Assembly: GCA_016196225.1 (NCBI GenBank)
Contig: JACPXZ010000025.1
Coordinates: 1,102 to 65,101, forward strand
Source: Candidatus Peregrinibacteria bacterium
GTDB lineage: Bacteria; Patescibacteriota; Gracilibacteria; Peribacterales; Peribacteraceae
DNA length: 64,000 bases
Reading direction: 5' to 3'
The translations under genes and the position numbers were made by a program. Under the pieces are notes generated by a model. That model worked only from the letters and a program-made list of their open reading frames with translations, did no database searches and had not been told where the DNA came from. Shown one piece after another: positions 50,152-59,186 of this stretch. How positions within the stretch are numbered: the first letter of the stretch is position 1; every line of letters begins with the position of its first letter.

Positions 50152-52646
50152 CATCGTATACTGAACAGGTGGATGGTTTGAACGAAACAGATATTCAGCG
50201 GTTACGTTCGCAGTATGGATTTAACGAACTCCCGGAGAAGCAGCGATCACTCTTCGCGCTCTTCCTCCGGCAGTTCTGTGACATTCTTGTTTATATTCTT
50301 TTGGGCGCGCTCGCACTGTCGGTCTTGATGCCATTTGTCGAATCAGAACCGATAACGATACGGAGTTTTTTGGATGCGGGAGTTATTTTGACAATTTTGA
50401 TTCTCAATGCGTGTTTGGGGTTTACACAGGATTACAAAGCGGAACAAGCAATTGCACTTCTCAAAAAACTTACCGCATCTCGCTGCACCGTGCGTCGCGG
50501 TGGGGAGATCAGGATCATCCCATCACGGGAAATTCTTCCGGGAGATCTCGTGTTTATCGAGACGGGAGACCGGATATCGGCAGATGGACACCTTCAACAG
50601 GAATCGCATCTTGAGATGAACGAATCGAGTCTGACTGGAGAAAGTATTCCCAGCGAAAAAACCGTCGATCCAACCGCGCGCGATCTTCCCATTGCCGAAC
50701 AAAAAAACATGGTCTTTGCTGGGACATTTGTCACGCGCGGGTCGGGGGAGTACAGGGTGAGTGCTATCGGGACTGAAACACAGATTGGGAAGATCGCACA
50801 GATGGTTGCAGAAACTGAAGAACCCGAAACCCCATTGGAAGTTCGATTGAGGAGGTTGAGTCTTCTGATTGGTAAGGTGGTGTTGGGATTATGTGGATTG
50901 GTGATCGGGGCGGGGGTCCTGCACGGATTTTCGTTTTTGGAGATTCTTTTGGTCGGTGTAAGCCTTGCGGTATCGGCGGTTCCGGAAGGGCTGCCGGCGG
51001 TCGTGACCGTGTGTATGGCGATCGGCGTACGGCGGATGGCGCGTAAACATGCATTGGTACGCCGGCTTGAGGCACTGGAGGCATTGGGGAACGTGACGGT
51101 GATTTGTGCGGATAAGACCGGGACAATGACGCAGAACCGGATGAAGGTGGTAGAAACGTTTGTCATTACAAAAGATGAAAACAATTTTCTTACATTAATT
51201 GCGGCGTCGTGCAATCGGGCGCAGTTGCCGGATATAGGGGATCCAACGGAGATTGGACTTTTGGAATATGCCAAAGATAAAGGCCTGGAACGTTTGAACA
51301 TTGATCAGGAAATAGTGCCGTTTACATCGGAAGAAAAGTATATGAAGACGCGGCACCGTTCGACGGGGCTCACGGCAAGTGGTGAACAGATATTTTTGAA
51401 AGGAGCACCGGAGAAAATTCTTTCGTTGGCAGTAAGCAGTAAGCAGGAGGCCGAAAGCATTTTTCAAAAAAATGAGGAAATGGCGAGGAAGGGTCTGCGG
51501 GTGCTTGCGTTTGCAATCGAAGAACAGGGAAAGATTCGCATTATCGGTCTCATCGGGATGGAAGATCCTCCGAGAGAGGGGGTGAAGGAAGCTATTGCAC
51601 AAGCCGAGCGAGCGGGTATCCGAACACTGATGATCACAGGGGACCACAGAGATACCGCTCGTGCCATAGCCTTGCAAGTAGGTTTAAAGGGAGAAGCTCT
51701 GCAAGGAGTGGATTTGGATACATTCGACGATGCAGAATTATGTTTACGTGTGAAGAATATATCGATCTTTGCTCGCGTTTCTCCGATGCATAAAATGAAA
51801 ATTCTCAAGGCCCTCCAGTGCGAAGGACATGTTGTGGCCATGACGGGAGATGGTGTGAATGATGCACCGGCCCTGAAGAGTGCGCACGTCGGGATCGCGA
51901 TGGGGGCCAGCGGGACGGACATAGCGCGCGAGGCCGCAAGTATTGTACTCTCGGATGATCACTATGCGACGATTGTGGCGGCGGTACAGGAAGGACGCCG
52001 GATCTACGATAATATTCGGAAGTTTGTGCTGTTTCTTCTGCGGTCGAACTTCGATGAAATCCTATTCATTATGGCCACGATCGTTGTTGGCATGCCTCTT
52101 CCTTATTTGCCGCTCCATATCCTATGGATTAATCTTATGACGGATGGCCTCCCGGCGTTGGCACTTGGACTAGAAAAAGCAGAGCCGGATATCATGGATC
52201 GACCTCCGCGCAAGCCATCGGAAGATATTTTGACGGGGCAGTGGTGGTTACTCATCATGGCGGTTCTCTTAAGTTTTTCGGTTGCTATGGGTTTATATAC
52301 ATGGGAACTGCGTCGCGGAATCGCCATAGAACAAGCGCGCGCGGCGGTTCTGACACTTGCGGTGTTCTTCGAGTTGTTCATGGCTTTTTCTGTGCGCAGC
52401 AGTAAGCCGATTTTTTCGGTGGGATTCTTTAGTAATCGCTGGTTGCTGGGTGCGGTAGCCGTTCCCTTTGCTCTCCAATTGTTGCTTATTTTTACACCCT
52501 TGCGTGATGTATTTCATCTGGCTCCGATAACACTCCTGGAGTGGGGGATGGTATTTATCCTTGCTACTTCGGGTTTTGTCTTGTTTGAACTCTTGAAAGT
52601 CATTCCATTTAAGCGATCATATATTCATGACGGATCGAGTACATAA
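50145..52646 (+). CDS. P-type ATPase (type IIA, Ca2+-transporting-like)
   Basis: LTGES, VPEGL, DKTGT, KGAPE, MTGDGVNDAPAL, WINLMTDGLPA. Confidence 0.95.
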   Translation: MVTSYTEQVDGLNETDIQRLRSQYGFNELPEKQRSLFALFLRQFCDILVYILLGALALSVLMPFVESEPITIRSFLDAGVILTILILNACLGFTQDYKAEQAIALLKKLTASRCTVRRGGEIRIIPSREILPGDLVFIETGDRISADGHLQQESHLEMNESSLTGESIPSEKTVDPTARDLPIAEQKNMVFAGTFVTRGSGEYRVSAIGTETQIGKIAQMVAETEEPETPLEVRLRRLSLLIGKVVLGLCGLVIGAGVLHGFSFLEILLVGVSLAVSAVPEGLPAVVTVCMAIGVRRMARKHALVRRLEALEALGNVTVICADKTGTMTQNRMKVVETFVITKDENNFLTLIAASCNRAQLPDIGDPTEIGLLEYAKDKGLERLNIDQEIVPFTSEEKYMKTRHRSTGLTASGEQIFLKGAPEKILSLAVSSKQEAESIFQKNEEMARKGLRVLAFAIEEQGKIRIIGLIGMEDPPREGVKEAIAQAERAGIRTLMITGDHRDTARAIALQVGLKGEALQGVDLDTFDDAELCLRVKNISIFARVSPMHKMKILKALQCEGHVVAMTGDGVNDAPALKSAHVGIAMGASGTDIAREAASIVLSDDHYATIVAAVQEGRRIYDNIRKFVLFLLRSNFDEILFIMATIVVGMPLPYLPLHILWINLMTDGLPALALGLEKAEPDIMDRPPRKPSEDILTGQWWLLIMAVLLSFSVAMGLYTWELRRGIAIEQARAAVLTLAVFFELFMAFSVRSSKPIFSVGFFSNRWLLGAVAVPFALQLLLIFTPLRDVFHLAPITLLEWGMVFILATSGFVLFELLKVIPFKRSYIHDGSST
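51356..51380 (-). repeat. Family B-like element inside the ATPase N domain
   Basis: Reverse complement ACTTGCCGTGAGCCCCGTCGAACGG (TGAGC-n3-GTCGAA core as in lepA); encodes RSTGLTAS. Confidence 0.6.
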
Positions 52647-53754
52647 CATACGCGTCCTCTCGCTTGTGGGGCTGCCGTTTATTGCGGGGCTGATCGCAAT
52701 CGTCTTTTTGTGGGGCCGTTATGTTTTTTGGACAGATATTGTGCTGATGTTTGGGGGATATGTTCTTACCACAATGGGGGTTTGTATTGGATACCATAGG
52801 ATGCTTACTCATAAAGGATTTGAGGCGCCTGCATGGTTACGGTGGATTCTTCTCACCTTAGGAGCCATGGCACCGGAGGCCCCTCCGGACATTTGGGCGG
52901 CGACGCATATTGTGCATCACGCGCACTCAGACGAAGAAGGAGATCCGCATAGTCCGATCGAAGGATTTTGGCATGCGCATATCGGATGGCTTTTCAAACA
53001 GAATAATTTTGCAGATCCCAAAGAGGTGGCGCCGCATCTTCTCGAAGATCCGGTGGTCGTTTGGGTGAGTAAGTGGACGCAGGTATTGATTTTTCTGTCC
53101 TTCCTGATCCCGTTTGTTATTGGAGGATGGACGGGACTCATCTGGGGAGGAGGCGTAAGAGCGTTCCTGACGACGCATGTGACATGGAGCGTGAATTCCA
53201 TCTGTCACCTGTTTGGCAAGCGTCCGTATAACACAACTGATGGAAGCCGTAATAACTGGTTGATTGGACTCCTCGGGTTTGGTGAGGGGTGGCACAACAA
53301 CCATCACGCGTTCCCGGAGAATGCGTTCCATGGAATGCATTGGTGGCAAGTGGACCTGTCGGGTTGGACTATTCGTATCTGGGAGTTATTGGGGATTGTC
53401 CGTAATGTCCGGCGTGTGACGCCGCAGGCCCTTGCATCCTTTGCGACGTACGCAGAGCATCGGGAAGCGAGCATTGCAGAAATGAAGACAGCGCTTGGTG
53501 CGGCGATTGTCCATGCGGAGGAAGAAGCGTGTGCGATATTTGCGCGGACGATTGAGCAATCGGTGTCGTCGTTCGATAAAGATCAATGTCGGGAAGTGTA
53601 CGAAGCATACCTCCGGCAATTATGGAGTATTCGACAATCGGTCGAACAATCGACTCGTCTCAAAAAGAAACGACTCATGGCATATTTTCAGGAGGTGCAG
53701 AAGGGTGCAGGGAGGGTAAAAGAGGTGATGCAGCGGAAATTGGTGCGGTCGTAG
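52627..53754 (+). CDS. Delta-9 acyl-CoA/acyl-lipid desaturase
   Basis: His boxes HRMLTH, HIVHH, HNNHH; DPHSP, GEGWHNNHH. Confidence 0.92.
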   Translation: MTDRVHNIRVLSLVGLPFIAGLIAIVFLWGRYVFWTDIVLMFGGYVLTTMGVCIGYHRMLTHKGFEAPAWLRWILLTLGAMAPEAPPDIWAATHIVHHAHSDEEGDPHSPIEGFWHAHIGWLFKQNNFADPKEVAPHLLEDPVVVWVSKWTQVLIFLSFLIPFVIGGWTGLIWGGGVRAFLTTHVTWSVNSICHLFGKRPYNTTDGSRNNWLIGLLGFGEGWHNNHHAFPENAFHGMHWWQVDLSGWTIRIWELLGIVRNVRRVTPQALASFATYAEHREASIAEMKTALGAAIVHAEEEACAIFARTIEQSVSSFDKDQCREVYEAYLRQLWSIRQSVEQSTRLKKKRLMAYFQEVQKGAGRVKEVMQRKLVRS

Positions 53755-53762
53755 TGGGGAAA

Positions 53763-53861
53763 GAAGCGAGGCGCGGTGCTTTTTTTGCTTTTGGGCGATA
53801 AGGGAATATGGGCATACGTTGTGGCTGCTTTTCCAAAAGCAAAAAAGCACCACTTAGCTTC
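53763..53861 (+). repeat. Family G element, second copy
   Basis: Arms GGTGCTTTTTTTGCTTTTGG / CCAAAAGCAAAAAAGCACC around the shared core. Confidence 0.8.
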
Positions 53862-53888
53862 TCGTTGTTCCGGTATAATCTTTTCCAC

Positions 53889-56150
53889 ATGTATTACCGT
53901 TCATTTTTTGTACTTCTGGCATTCGTGTTGCCAATAACGACCCATGCCAATACCTTCACTCCACCTCTTTGGAAGGAGAATCAGGAGGTTACCGCAGTCG
54001 GGAGTGACTTGGAAGGAGATGTTCCGGTCGAGCGATTACTATGCTTTGCTCCCGACTCGTTCCCTGATGATCTCAAATGTTTTCGTCCGGATAGTCCGAG
54101 TATCAAGCAATGGATAAAGGGAACTGTTCGCTTTGTGCCGGCAGCAAATACGCCGCCGAGCGGTATCTTAAAAATTTTCATATCAGTCAACGAGGAGGCG
54201 TGCATTGACCAGGGGGCGGGAGGGAAGTATTGCGATAAAGTGAAAAAACAAAAGGAATTGAATTTTGGTCCATACAAAGCGCATCCCTATATTGTGGAAC
54301 TTGTGGAGAAGGAATCGGGGATCCGGTCATCCACCCTTGTTCGCGGAAAAACCTATGAGATCCGGGGGGTTCGTTTTGGGGATGAGATTCAGGATATTTA
54401 TGTGGGAGGTCGAAAAATTCCTCGCAGTTCCATCCTGGAGTGGTCGTACAAATCCGTGACGTTTCGCGCATCGGAAGATTTTCCGGATGGAGAGAATATT
54501 CAGGTGAATAATGGCGTTGCCCGAAGCAATGCCTATCCGATCACCATTATAGATAACGTATCGGACGATCCTTTTTCACATTTACAATTGCATCTCTTGT
54601 TTCATAAGGTGATTGATGCGTGGAAAGTCTCGAAGGGGGAGGGGGTAGTCGTTGCGATTATTGATTCCGGTATCGATACGAATCATCGGGAGTTTGCCGG
54701 ACGCATTTGGGAGAACGCCAGAGAGATACGGGGGAATCAAAAAGACGATGATGGAAATGGGTACGTCGATGATATCAATGGATGGAATTTTGTATCGGAT
54801 TCTGCAGAGCTGACTCCGCTCTCTCAGCACGGAACGGCCGTTGCAGGCGTCGTGGGAGCCGCGGCAAATAACACCATCGGCGTTGCCGGTATTGCACCGG
54901 ACGCCGTTCTTATGTCACTGATTGTCAGTGGCCCGGATGGTCGGATTAAAGGAGAGGCCGTCTCTAAAGCGATTCGATATGCGGTCGATCATGGGGCCAA
55001 TATTATCAATTTGAGCATGGGGGGACCGGGGTTTACTACGGATTTTACGTCCGCGTTTACGGCGGATATTCGATATGCGGCAAGTCACAATGTTCTTACC
55101 GTCATTGCCGCCGGGAATGGAGATATTGCCGGACAGAGTATCGGCGATGCCCATGGAGTGAATCTGGACCAAAATCCCAAGTCCCCGGTCTGTAATCGTG
55201 ATGATCCGCGATGGTCTATCGGAGTAGCGGCGTTGAATCCGACTGGACTCAAGTCGTCCTTCTCGGATTTTGGGTCGGATTGTATCGATCTTGCGGCCAT
55301 TGGAGAGAATGTGGTGACCACAACATTCTATGCCGATAACCCAGATCGGGTGGAGTATGTATCTGCCAACGGGACATCATTTGCGGCGCCGATGGTGTCG
55401 GGAATCGCAGCACTGGTTTGGTCCATGAATCCCAAACTTGCAGCATGGCAGGTGCGCGATATTCTTATTTCCAGTGGAGATCGTCTGCCGGATGCAACAA
55501 TCGGGCGCAAAGTAAACGCGGTGGCCGCGGTGGACCGCGCGAAGAAGACACAGCCGCAGGAACCGTTAAAGATTTCGTCCTTCGAGACGCCTCCAGCCGT
55601 CGCTCCACGAGCTATGGCCGGCAAGCAGGATGACACTGTTATTTTTCCCGATGTCTCTGCGGATTATCCCCATGCTCCTGCGATTGCTTGGGCAAAAGAA
55701 TCGGGTGTCGTACAGGGATATCCGGATGGGTATTTTCGTCCAAGGCGGAGTGTGAATCGGGCGGAATTTTTGAAGATCCTGATGGAAAGTCAGGGGATTG
55801 ATGTTTCAAACGAGATCGATTCAACGGGTTTTCCGGATATCGATGAGTCGGCATGGTATGCCCCGTATCTCCGATATGCCAAGCGCATGGGGATCATTGA
55901 AGGATATCCGGATGGATTCTTCCGCCCGGACCAAACGGTAAACGCGGCCGAGGCGCTGAAGATGGCATATCGCACGCTTGGAATCGAAACGATCGATACG
56001 GGAGGGGAGTGGTATCAACGCTATCGCGTCCACGCGGAATATAACGATGTTCTTTTTGATACGGAGATGCGGATGGATCTTGGAATGGCACGGGAAGATA
56101 CAGTGTGGGTGATGTGGAGGTTAATTACGGATGTTCTGATTCGACAGTGA
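53889..56150 (+). CDS. S8 subtilase with IPT/TIG-like and C-terminal SLH domains
   Basis: IIDSGID, HGTAVAG, AAGN, GTSFAAP; GYPDGYFRP..VNRAE. Confidence 0.93.
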   Translation: MYYRSFFVLLAFVLPITTHANTFTPPLWKENQEVTAVGSDLEGDVPVERLLCFAPDSFPDDLKCFRPDSPSIKQWIKGTVRFVPAANTPPSGILKIFISVNEEACIDQGAGGKYCDKVKKQKELNFGPYKAHPYIVELVEKESGIRSSTLVRGKTYEIRGVRFGDEIQDIYVGGRKIPRSSILEWSYKSVTFRASEDFPDGENIQVNNGVARSNAYPITIIDNVSDDPFSHLQLHLLFHKVIDAWKVSKGEGVVVAIIDSGIDTNHREFAGRIWENAREIRGNQKDDDGNGYVDDINGWNFVSDSAELTPLSQHGTAVAGVVGAAANNTIGVAGIAPDAVLMSLIVSGPDGRIKGEAVSKAIRYAVDHGANIINLSMGGPGFTTDFTSAFTADIRYAASHNVLTVIAAGNGDIAGQSIGDAHGVNLDQNPKSPVCNRDDPRWSIGVAALNPTGLKSSFSDFGSDCIDLAAIGENVVTTTFYADNPDRVEYVSANGTSFAAPMVSGIAALVWSMNPKLAAWQVRDILISSGDRLPDATIGRKVNAVAAVDRAKKTQPQEPLKISSFETPPAVAPRAMAGKQDDTVIFPDVSADYPHAPAIAWAKESGVVQGYPDGYFRPRRSVNRAEFLKILMESQGIDVSNEIDSTGFPDIDESAWYAPYLRYAKRMGIIEGYPDGFFRPDQTVNAAEALKMAYRTLGIETIDTGGEWYQRYRVHAEYNDVLFDTEMRMDLGMAREDTVWVMWRLITDVLIRQ
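55578..55635 (-). repeat. Composite B[C] element inside the S8 gene
   Basis: Reverse complement TGTCATCCTG-[CTTGCCGGCCATAGCTCGTGGAGCGACGGCTGG]-AGGCGTCTCGAAGGA. Confidence 0.85.
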
Positions 56151-56161
56151 AAAACATTACT

Positions 56162-56210
56162 TGTCATCCTGCTTGCCGGCCAAAGCCTTGGCGACGGCTG
56201 GAGGTGCGAG
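56162..56210 (+). repeat. Composite B[C] element, second copy
   Basis: TGTCATCCTG-[CTTGCCGGCCAAAGCCTTGGCGACGGCTGG]-AGGTGCGAG. Confidence 0.85.
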
Positions 56211-56635
56211 TGAGTGAGTGGCTTCTAGGGATTTTTTTCTTGATAGGATGTGTCCCCTCAGAATTTGATACAGGAGCTGTACAGGTTCTTGCAGTGGTTG
56301 ATGGGGATACCATCATTACAACCATTGGAACAGTTCGTCTGATAGGGATTGATACACCGGAAAAAGGGGAATGTGGCTATCAGGAGGCCACGGAGAAGTT
56401 GACCGCATTGGTGGATGGAAAAGATGTAAACCTTGTCCCCGATTCTCTGAATCAAGACCGGGATAAATACGGACGATACCTCCGATATGTGGAGAGTGAT
56501 GGTCGCGATGTAGGAGAAGTGTTACTAAAGGAGAACTACGCAGATCTCTATCCGTGGTTTCCGGCTGAGAGATTAGAACAGTATCGTTCAATAATAAAAA
56601 AGGCGCCTCGTGGGCGCCTTGTGGGGTGCGATTAG
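56204..56635 (+). CDS. Thermonuclease (SNase-like) lipoprotein; start uncertain
   Basis: FLIG-C lipobox; VVDGDTI, VRLIGIDTPE, DKYGRYLRYV. Confidence 0.88.
   Translation: MRVSEWLLGIFFLIGCVPSEFDTGAVQVLAVVDGDTIITTIGTVRLIGIDTPEKGECGYQEATEKLTALVDGKDVNLVPDSLNQDRDKYGRYLRYVESDGRDVGEVLLKENYADLYPWFPAERLEQYRSIIKKAPRGRLVGCD
56596..56620 (-). terminator. Intrinsic terminator for the 57354-56632 gene
   Basis: AAGGCGCC-CACGA-GGCGCCTTTTTT. Confidence 0.6.
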
Positions 56636-57354
56636 GAGTTGCTCTCCGGAGCCGGCGGTGCGTAGCGTGCACGGATGCGTTCAAGACGCTGCTCATGACT
56701 CATATCCTGCTCTGTAGCACGTGCTCGAGTATGACGAGGAGAATGGGGGAAGAGGGGATACATACGCCGGTTTTCATAGATGCGTTGCTGTCTCTTGTGG
56801 ATCCGGTCGACACGTTTTTCTGAGCGCTCCCTTATGCGTTTGGTAGCAGCAGACGGGAGTGCTGCAGGGACCGGTTTCTTTGTCAGATGTCCACAGGAGC
56901 AAGAACAAGGATCGTTTGCAGTCTTGAGGCATCGTTCCGTTTCCCGTCGTGTATTTACTTCTTGTTTAAGAATGCGACGACTTTTGCGCGGGGTATTCAT
57001 GTGACTTAAGAGGAGAGTGCGTCGGACTTCTGCTTGGTTTTGTGCAATAATTTTTAGATCCTGGGTCATGCGTGACTTTATCCGCTCAAGAGCCGTTTGA
57101 TTTCGCTCCGTCTGCATTCGGGTTCGTGTGGAGTTGAGGATACGCAGATGATCCTGAAGCAGGCGATGCAGCATGGCATTATTTTTGTTGCGCTCCATCT
57201 GCTCAATAATGCGTAGCCTCCCAGTAGAAACGGTGGAAAGTGTCGCGACCAGCACTGGGAGTTCCGGAGCAGTGGGCGCAGGCGCGGCCTCAGCAAAAGG
57301 GAGAGAGGTGATAGGGAAGACCGTAGCCAGGAATAATGCGATGATTCTCCTCAT
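56632..57354 (-). CDS. Secreted Arg-rich hypothetical protein
   Basis: Signal peptide AEA; helical, very basic; C..CSCSC cluster. Confidence 0.6.
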   Translation of the reverse strand: MRRIIALFLATVFPITSLPFAEAAPAPTAPELPVLVATLSTVSTGRLRIIEQMERNKNNAMLHRLLQDHLRILNSTRTRMQTERNQTALERIKSRMTQDLKIIAQNQAEVRRTLLLSHMNTPRKSRRILKQEVNTRRETERCLKTANDPCSCSCGHLTKKPVPAALPSAATKRIRERSEKRVDRIHKRQQRIYENRRMYPLFPHSPRHTRARATEQDMSHEQRLERIRARYAPPAPESNS

Positions 57355-57399
57355 ATAGAAAAAGGGGGTAAGAGAAGAGAGTGGGATAAATTACCTATA

Positions 57400-57417
57400 A
57401 TTGACAATATTGTCAAT
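57400..57417. promoter_or_regulatory. 18-bp perfect palindrome (operator or back-to-back -35 boxes)
   Basis: ATTGACAATATTGTCAAT in an AT-rich intergenic region. Confidence 0.5.
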
Positions 57418-57467
57418 ATATATCTATATATCAATATTATTATGTTTATTCTCTTATTTAAGCCACT

Positions 57468-58043
57468 TTAAGATACCGCTGATAAAAACTCCTCCCGTAT
57501 TTTTTCTGCTCTTTGGATGTGTTCCAGGACAAATACGACTCTTTTCTCAAGGGGAAGGGGGGGGACACGGATAGGGTCATATCCCATGGATCGATAGGCT
57601 TCTTCAATCTCACGGTCGATTTTTGCCGCCATGCCCGAATCTTCTATACGTATATGATCGCGAACAAAGGGTAGAGGATCAAAAAGGAATATCTCTCTAT
57701 ACCGTCGTTTTTTGCACTCTTCGAAGATGGGATCGGTTTTTACGCCGTGCATAGCGCAGTACGGGACCATATCGAGAAGACCGACATCGAGGACCATGGT
57801 CTCATTCGGATCGAGGGTTCGTTCGCGCAGAATTTGGAGATCCACGACCGCACATTGAAAGATCTGCGGTTGTCCGCGGATCTCATGGAGCGTCTTTCCT
57901 TTGGCCATCTCGAGCTCGGCATGCGCACGAGGAACTTCAGGGATAATACGAAGTCCCTCAAGGAAGAGACGGTGAACGACTGTGGTTTTACCTGAGGAGG
58001 GCGATCCTGCAACAACGTACCATTGGGTTTGGATGGGGGGCAT
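57468..58043 (-). CDS. NadR/Ttd14-like P-loop ATPase (AAA_28)
   Basis: GSPSSGKTT, PEVPR, D.GLLD, AYRSMGY. Confidence 0.85.
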   Translation of the reverse strand: MPPIQTQWYVVAGSPSSGKTTVVHRLFLEGLRIIPEVPRAHAELEMAKGKTLHEIRGQPQIFQCAVVDLQILRERTLDPNETMVLDVGLLDMVPYCAMHGVKTDPIFEECKKRRYREIFLFDPLPFVRDHIRIEDSGMAAKIDREIEEAYRSMGYDPIRVPPLPLEKRVVFVLEHIQRAEKIREEFLSAVS

Positions 58044-58078
58044 GGGACCAGAAGGGTAACATAATCCATGGTGGCAGA

Positions 58079-58104
58079 GCCACGTCGTTCGCGAACGACG
58101 TGGC
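58079..58104. repeat. Family H 26-bp perfect palindrome overlapping the tRNA-Ser GCCA end
   Basis: GCCACGTCGTTCGCGAACGACGTGGC. Confidence 0.9.
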
Positions 58105-58194
58105 GGAGAGGGCGGGATTTGAACCCGCGATACGGGTTTAAGCCCGTATACCGCATTAGCAGTGCGGCGCTTTCGACCACTCAGCCACCTCTCC
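58101..58194 (-). tRNA. tRNA-Ser(GCT)
   Basis: GGAGAGG..CCTCTCC-GCCA; CCGCA-CTGCTAA-TGCGG; long variable arm. Confidence 0.95.
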
Positions 58195-58266
58195 ATTTTT
58201 CCTTATAAAGAACGTACGCAAAGTATAGGAGATAGAGAGATATGTTCCAATTGAAAGCTTCTCATG

Positions 58267-59097
58267 TTAGGAGATACCCGAAAGAAGGATGACACCGGAA
58301 ACGGCCATGGCGACGCCGGCTTTTTGGTGATTTTTTATTTTTTCGCGCGTGACAAGGAGGCCGAGGAGAACGGCAAGGGCGAGATAGCTTTCGCTGATGG
58401 CGGTCGCAACGGCAATGGGGATAAAAGTGGTGGCAAACGCAAACGCGATCCACGCGATATTATCGAGGAAACTTTGGCTCATGACAGGCCAGGGATGTTT
58501 GCACACATCCCGATAAAGATCGATGAGTGTATGGGTGATCAAGAGATATGTTCCGATAATGAGGGCGATACCGGTATGCGAAAACCAGATCGTAAGGAGT
58601 GGAGAAATTTCTCTGCTGGAAATACCTACGAGAAAGTTGGTGAGGCCCATGCCGATAGCCGCCAGTCCTGCAAGGATTGCCCCTTTTTCGAATATTCGTT
58701 TATGATAATGAAGGTGCGAATACTGAAGAGTGGTCGCAGAGGTGATGCCGATAAAAACGATCACAATGAGCAACCATTGGCTGGGGGATAGGGTTTCGTG
58801 TGCGAGACTGATGCTAAGGGCAACGGTGATAGGGAGCTCTAATCCGATAATGGGTTCTATAATGGCAATTTTGCCTGTCTTCAATGCCTCAAAATTAAAT
58901 AATGCGGAAACAATAACGACAAATGTCAGAAGTGACAGCAGGAGAAGATCCGGCATATCCAATAATAGGAGCTCTCTCCATACGAATGGAAAAAGAACAA
59001 TCGTACCGGTGATTGCAATACAAAAAAGTGCCTTGGTACTCCCAATCAAACGCACCGTGCGCTGGATGAAAAAATCACCCAGCCCCCAGGAGATCAT
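58267..59097 (-). CDS. EamA/DMT transporter (possible 5' frameshift; likely true start 59135)
   Basis: SWGLGDFF, ALKTGKIAII.PI, REKI; about 10 TM. Confidence 0.85.
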   Translation of the reverse strand: MISWGLGDFFIQRTVRLIGSTKALFCIAITGTIVLFPFVWRELLLLDMPDLLLLSLLTFVVIVSALFNFEALKTGKIAIIEPIIGLELPITVALSISLAHETLSPSQWLLIVIVFIGITSATTLQYSHLHYHKRIFEKGAILAGLAAIGMGLTNFLVGISSREISPLLTIWFSHTGIALIIGTYLLITHTLIDLYRDVCKHPWPVMSQSFLDNIAWIAFAFATTFIPIAVATAISESYLALAVLLGLLVTREKIKNHQKAGVAMAVSGVILLSGIS

Positions 59098-59186
59098 AGC
59101 GACGAGCGCAAAAAGAATGCCGGGAGAATGTACATATGATAAATCGATATGAGCACTATAACGCAGTAGCGATCGTCCGGGATAGT

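Noticed and set aside
58044-58196. N-terminal extension of the AAA ATPase ORF
   Set aside because: Overlaps tRNA-Ser(GCT) and the H palindrome; homology starts at ATG 58043
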